A stretch of 63,798 nucleotides of DNA, filler included, from Rhabdomonas costata (taxonomy: Eukaryota): assembly GCA_019059605.1 (NCBI GenBank). It is 47 parts of 47 records of this genome, joined end to end, with 100 filler letters (N's around TTAATTAATTAA, not from the genome) between each part and the next. Parts side by side here need not be neighbours in the genome. Positions count along the whole stretch, not along the records: positions 61,181 to 62,439 come from JAHMHO010021608.1; positions 62,540 to 63,798 come from JAHMHO010021609.1; 45 more parts are not named here. One strand, written 5' to 3'. How positions within the stretch are numbered: position 1 is the stretch's first letter; each line of letters starts with the position of its first letter. The notes under the pieces are model-generated. The model worked only from the letters and a program-made list of their open reading frames with translations, did not search any database and was not told where the DNA came from. A program made the position numbers and the translations under genes. This document shows, piece after piece, positions 62,363-63,798 of the stretch.

Positions 62363-63798
62363 ATTTTGCATTTGGTAATTTTTCAAACGTGTTTTATTTT
62401 CAAAATCTGAAAATTGAACCCTTTTCTTTCCCCAAAACANNNNNNNNNNNNNNNNNNNNNNNNNNNNNNNNNNNNNNNNNNNNTTAATTAATTAANNNNN
62501 NNNNNNNNNNNNNNNNNNNNNNNNNNNNNNNNNNNNNNNTGTTGTTCGTTTGCAAAAAGAAAAGAAAAGAAAAGAAAAGAAAGAGTTTGCGTCCGACCTT
62601 TTGAAGGTACCCAAGCAAGTGTTGAAGCATGCAACAACTTTATGCACAAGCATTCCAGGTTGTAAAATAAGCATATCAGAACGACTTCCTTCAGCCCCTG
62701 TGGCTGCGTCAACTTCCCGAGAAAACCCCCCTCCGAACCACGCGCGTTGCTGTTGTGGCGTCTTTAACCGGGGTTCTGCTGTTCGCCGGACGGACCACAC
62801 GTTCCCATTTAGGGCGGCCATGAACCGAAGAGCACCGCCTGAGCTCAGCAAGGGCTCCCACCCACTCACCTCTGGGCGCAGTGATGGCGCCCGGGTGGCC
62901 ATTCCTCAGAGGCCCGGCCCCTTCGCACCCGATTCCGTCTCTGCCCCTCCGCGTAGCCTTTCGATTCTCGCGGTGTTTGGTGACATGGGGGCTACCCATG
63001 CGGCCGCCCACACCAGCATCCGTGCCGGTGCCTCTATGGTGCACTCCCCATACACCTGCGAAGGTGTGTAATGCAGCAGGGGGAATGTGGCAGGGGGGTG
63101 AAGTGGGTTTGCACTGCCGAAGCTGTGCACTGTGCACTGTGCACTGTGGTGTACAAATTAATGAGGGGAAGATGCTGGGTGACGTTGGCCGGTTTTTGGG
63201 CTTCCAGGTGGGCCGTTCCTGTGCTCTGTCGGTGGCTGCTTGACGGCGTCAAACTTTTAACGCCCTCCAAAAGCCAATTTTAATAGGTACAAGCTCATCT
63301 GTTGTGCAAAGGTTTTTTGTGGTGTAGTTGATGGTAGCGAGGCCCCCAAAACCATCGCGTAGTTTTTTTTTCGGTGTCCCTCCTTCTCTCTCCCAGGAAT
63401 GGTGAAGGCTGGGGAGCCGCAGTTTCCTCTTCGCCCTACTCCCCCTGCTCCTCCCTGCAACCCCAGGTGTTATCTGTGGCTTCGTGACTTGGAGTGGGCA
63501 GTTTCGTGCGTTCTGCTTTCCTCTCTGCGCCGTTTTCCTTTCATTGACTCGCGGATGGAGATGTCGCGGTGCAAGCAATCCCAAAAGGACAGCTGTTGGT
63601 CCCCCATAAACAGGAGCTGTCTTGAGCGGGATTTCTTCTGGCGCGCAGCCAGTGCAAGATGTGCCAAAAACCTCTGCCTTGGACTTCACTGCGACCATTT
63701 TCAGGCCCTTGACTGGATGATGTGTCCCAAACGGCATCCATATCCATCGTAAGAGGAAAGTTAATTTCAGCCTGCCCGCGTCTGCCACCCACCAAACC

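Overview
This is not one locus. It is an artificial concatenation of 47 unlinked contigs of about 1.26 kb each, joined by 100-nt spacers (N44-TTAATTAATTAA-N44), so nothing can be inferred from gene order across spacers. Most contigs come from an intron-rich, flagellated eukaryote; a euglenozoan/euglenid is my inference, not proven. They carry GC-rich exons of NOC3, a cullin, cytoplasmic dynein heavy chain, CFAP74, a CDKL kinase, SLC17 and SLC35 transporters, PTGR-like and HAD enzymes, kelch, LRR and C2 proteins, a receiver-domain protein and a Cys-loop ion channel. Decayed Ty3/gypsy and CRE-like retroelements are also present. Contig ends show whole-genome-amplification artefacts (G/T-only starts, A/C-only ends, fold-backs). 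Main observations: (1) one AT-rich, intronless contig with Mimiviridae-type regulatory features (a post-stop hairpin plus an AAAATTGA early-promoter motif), suggesting a giant virus or an endogenised viral segment; (2) a dispersed, apparently also tandem, ~1.1-kb repeat family encoding Nab2-type CCCH zinc fingers, found in 3 of 47 contigs; (3) an apparent excess of GC-AG introns; (4) a true C-x13-C Cys-loop receptor in a protist.
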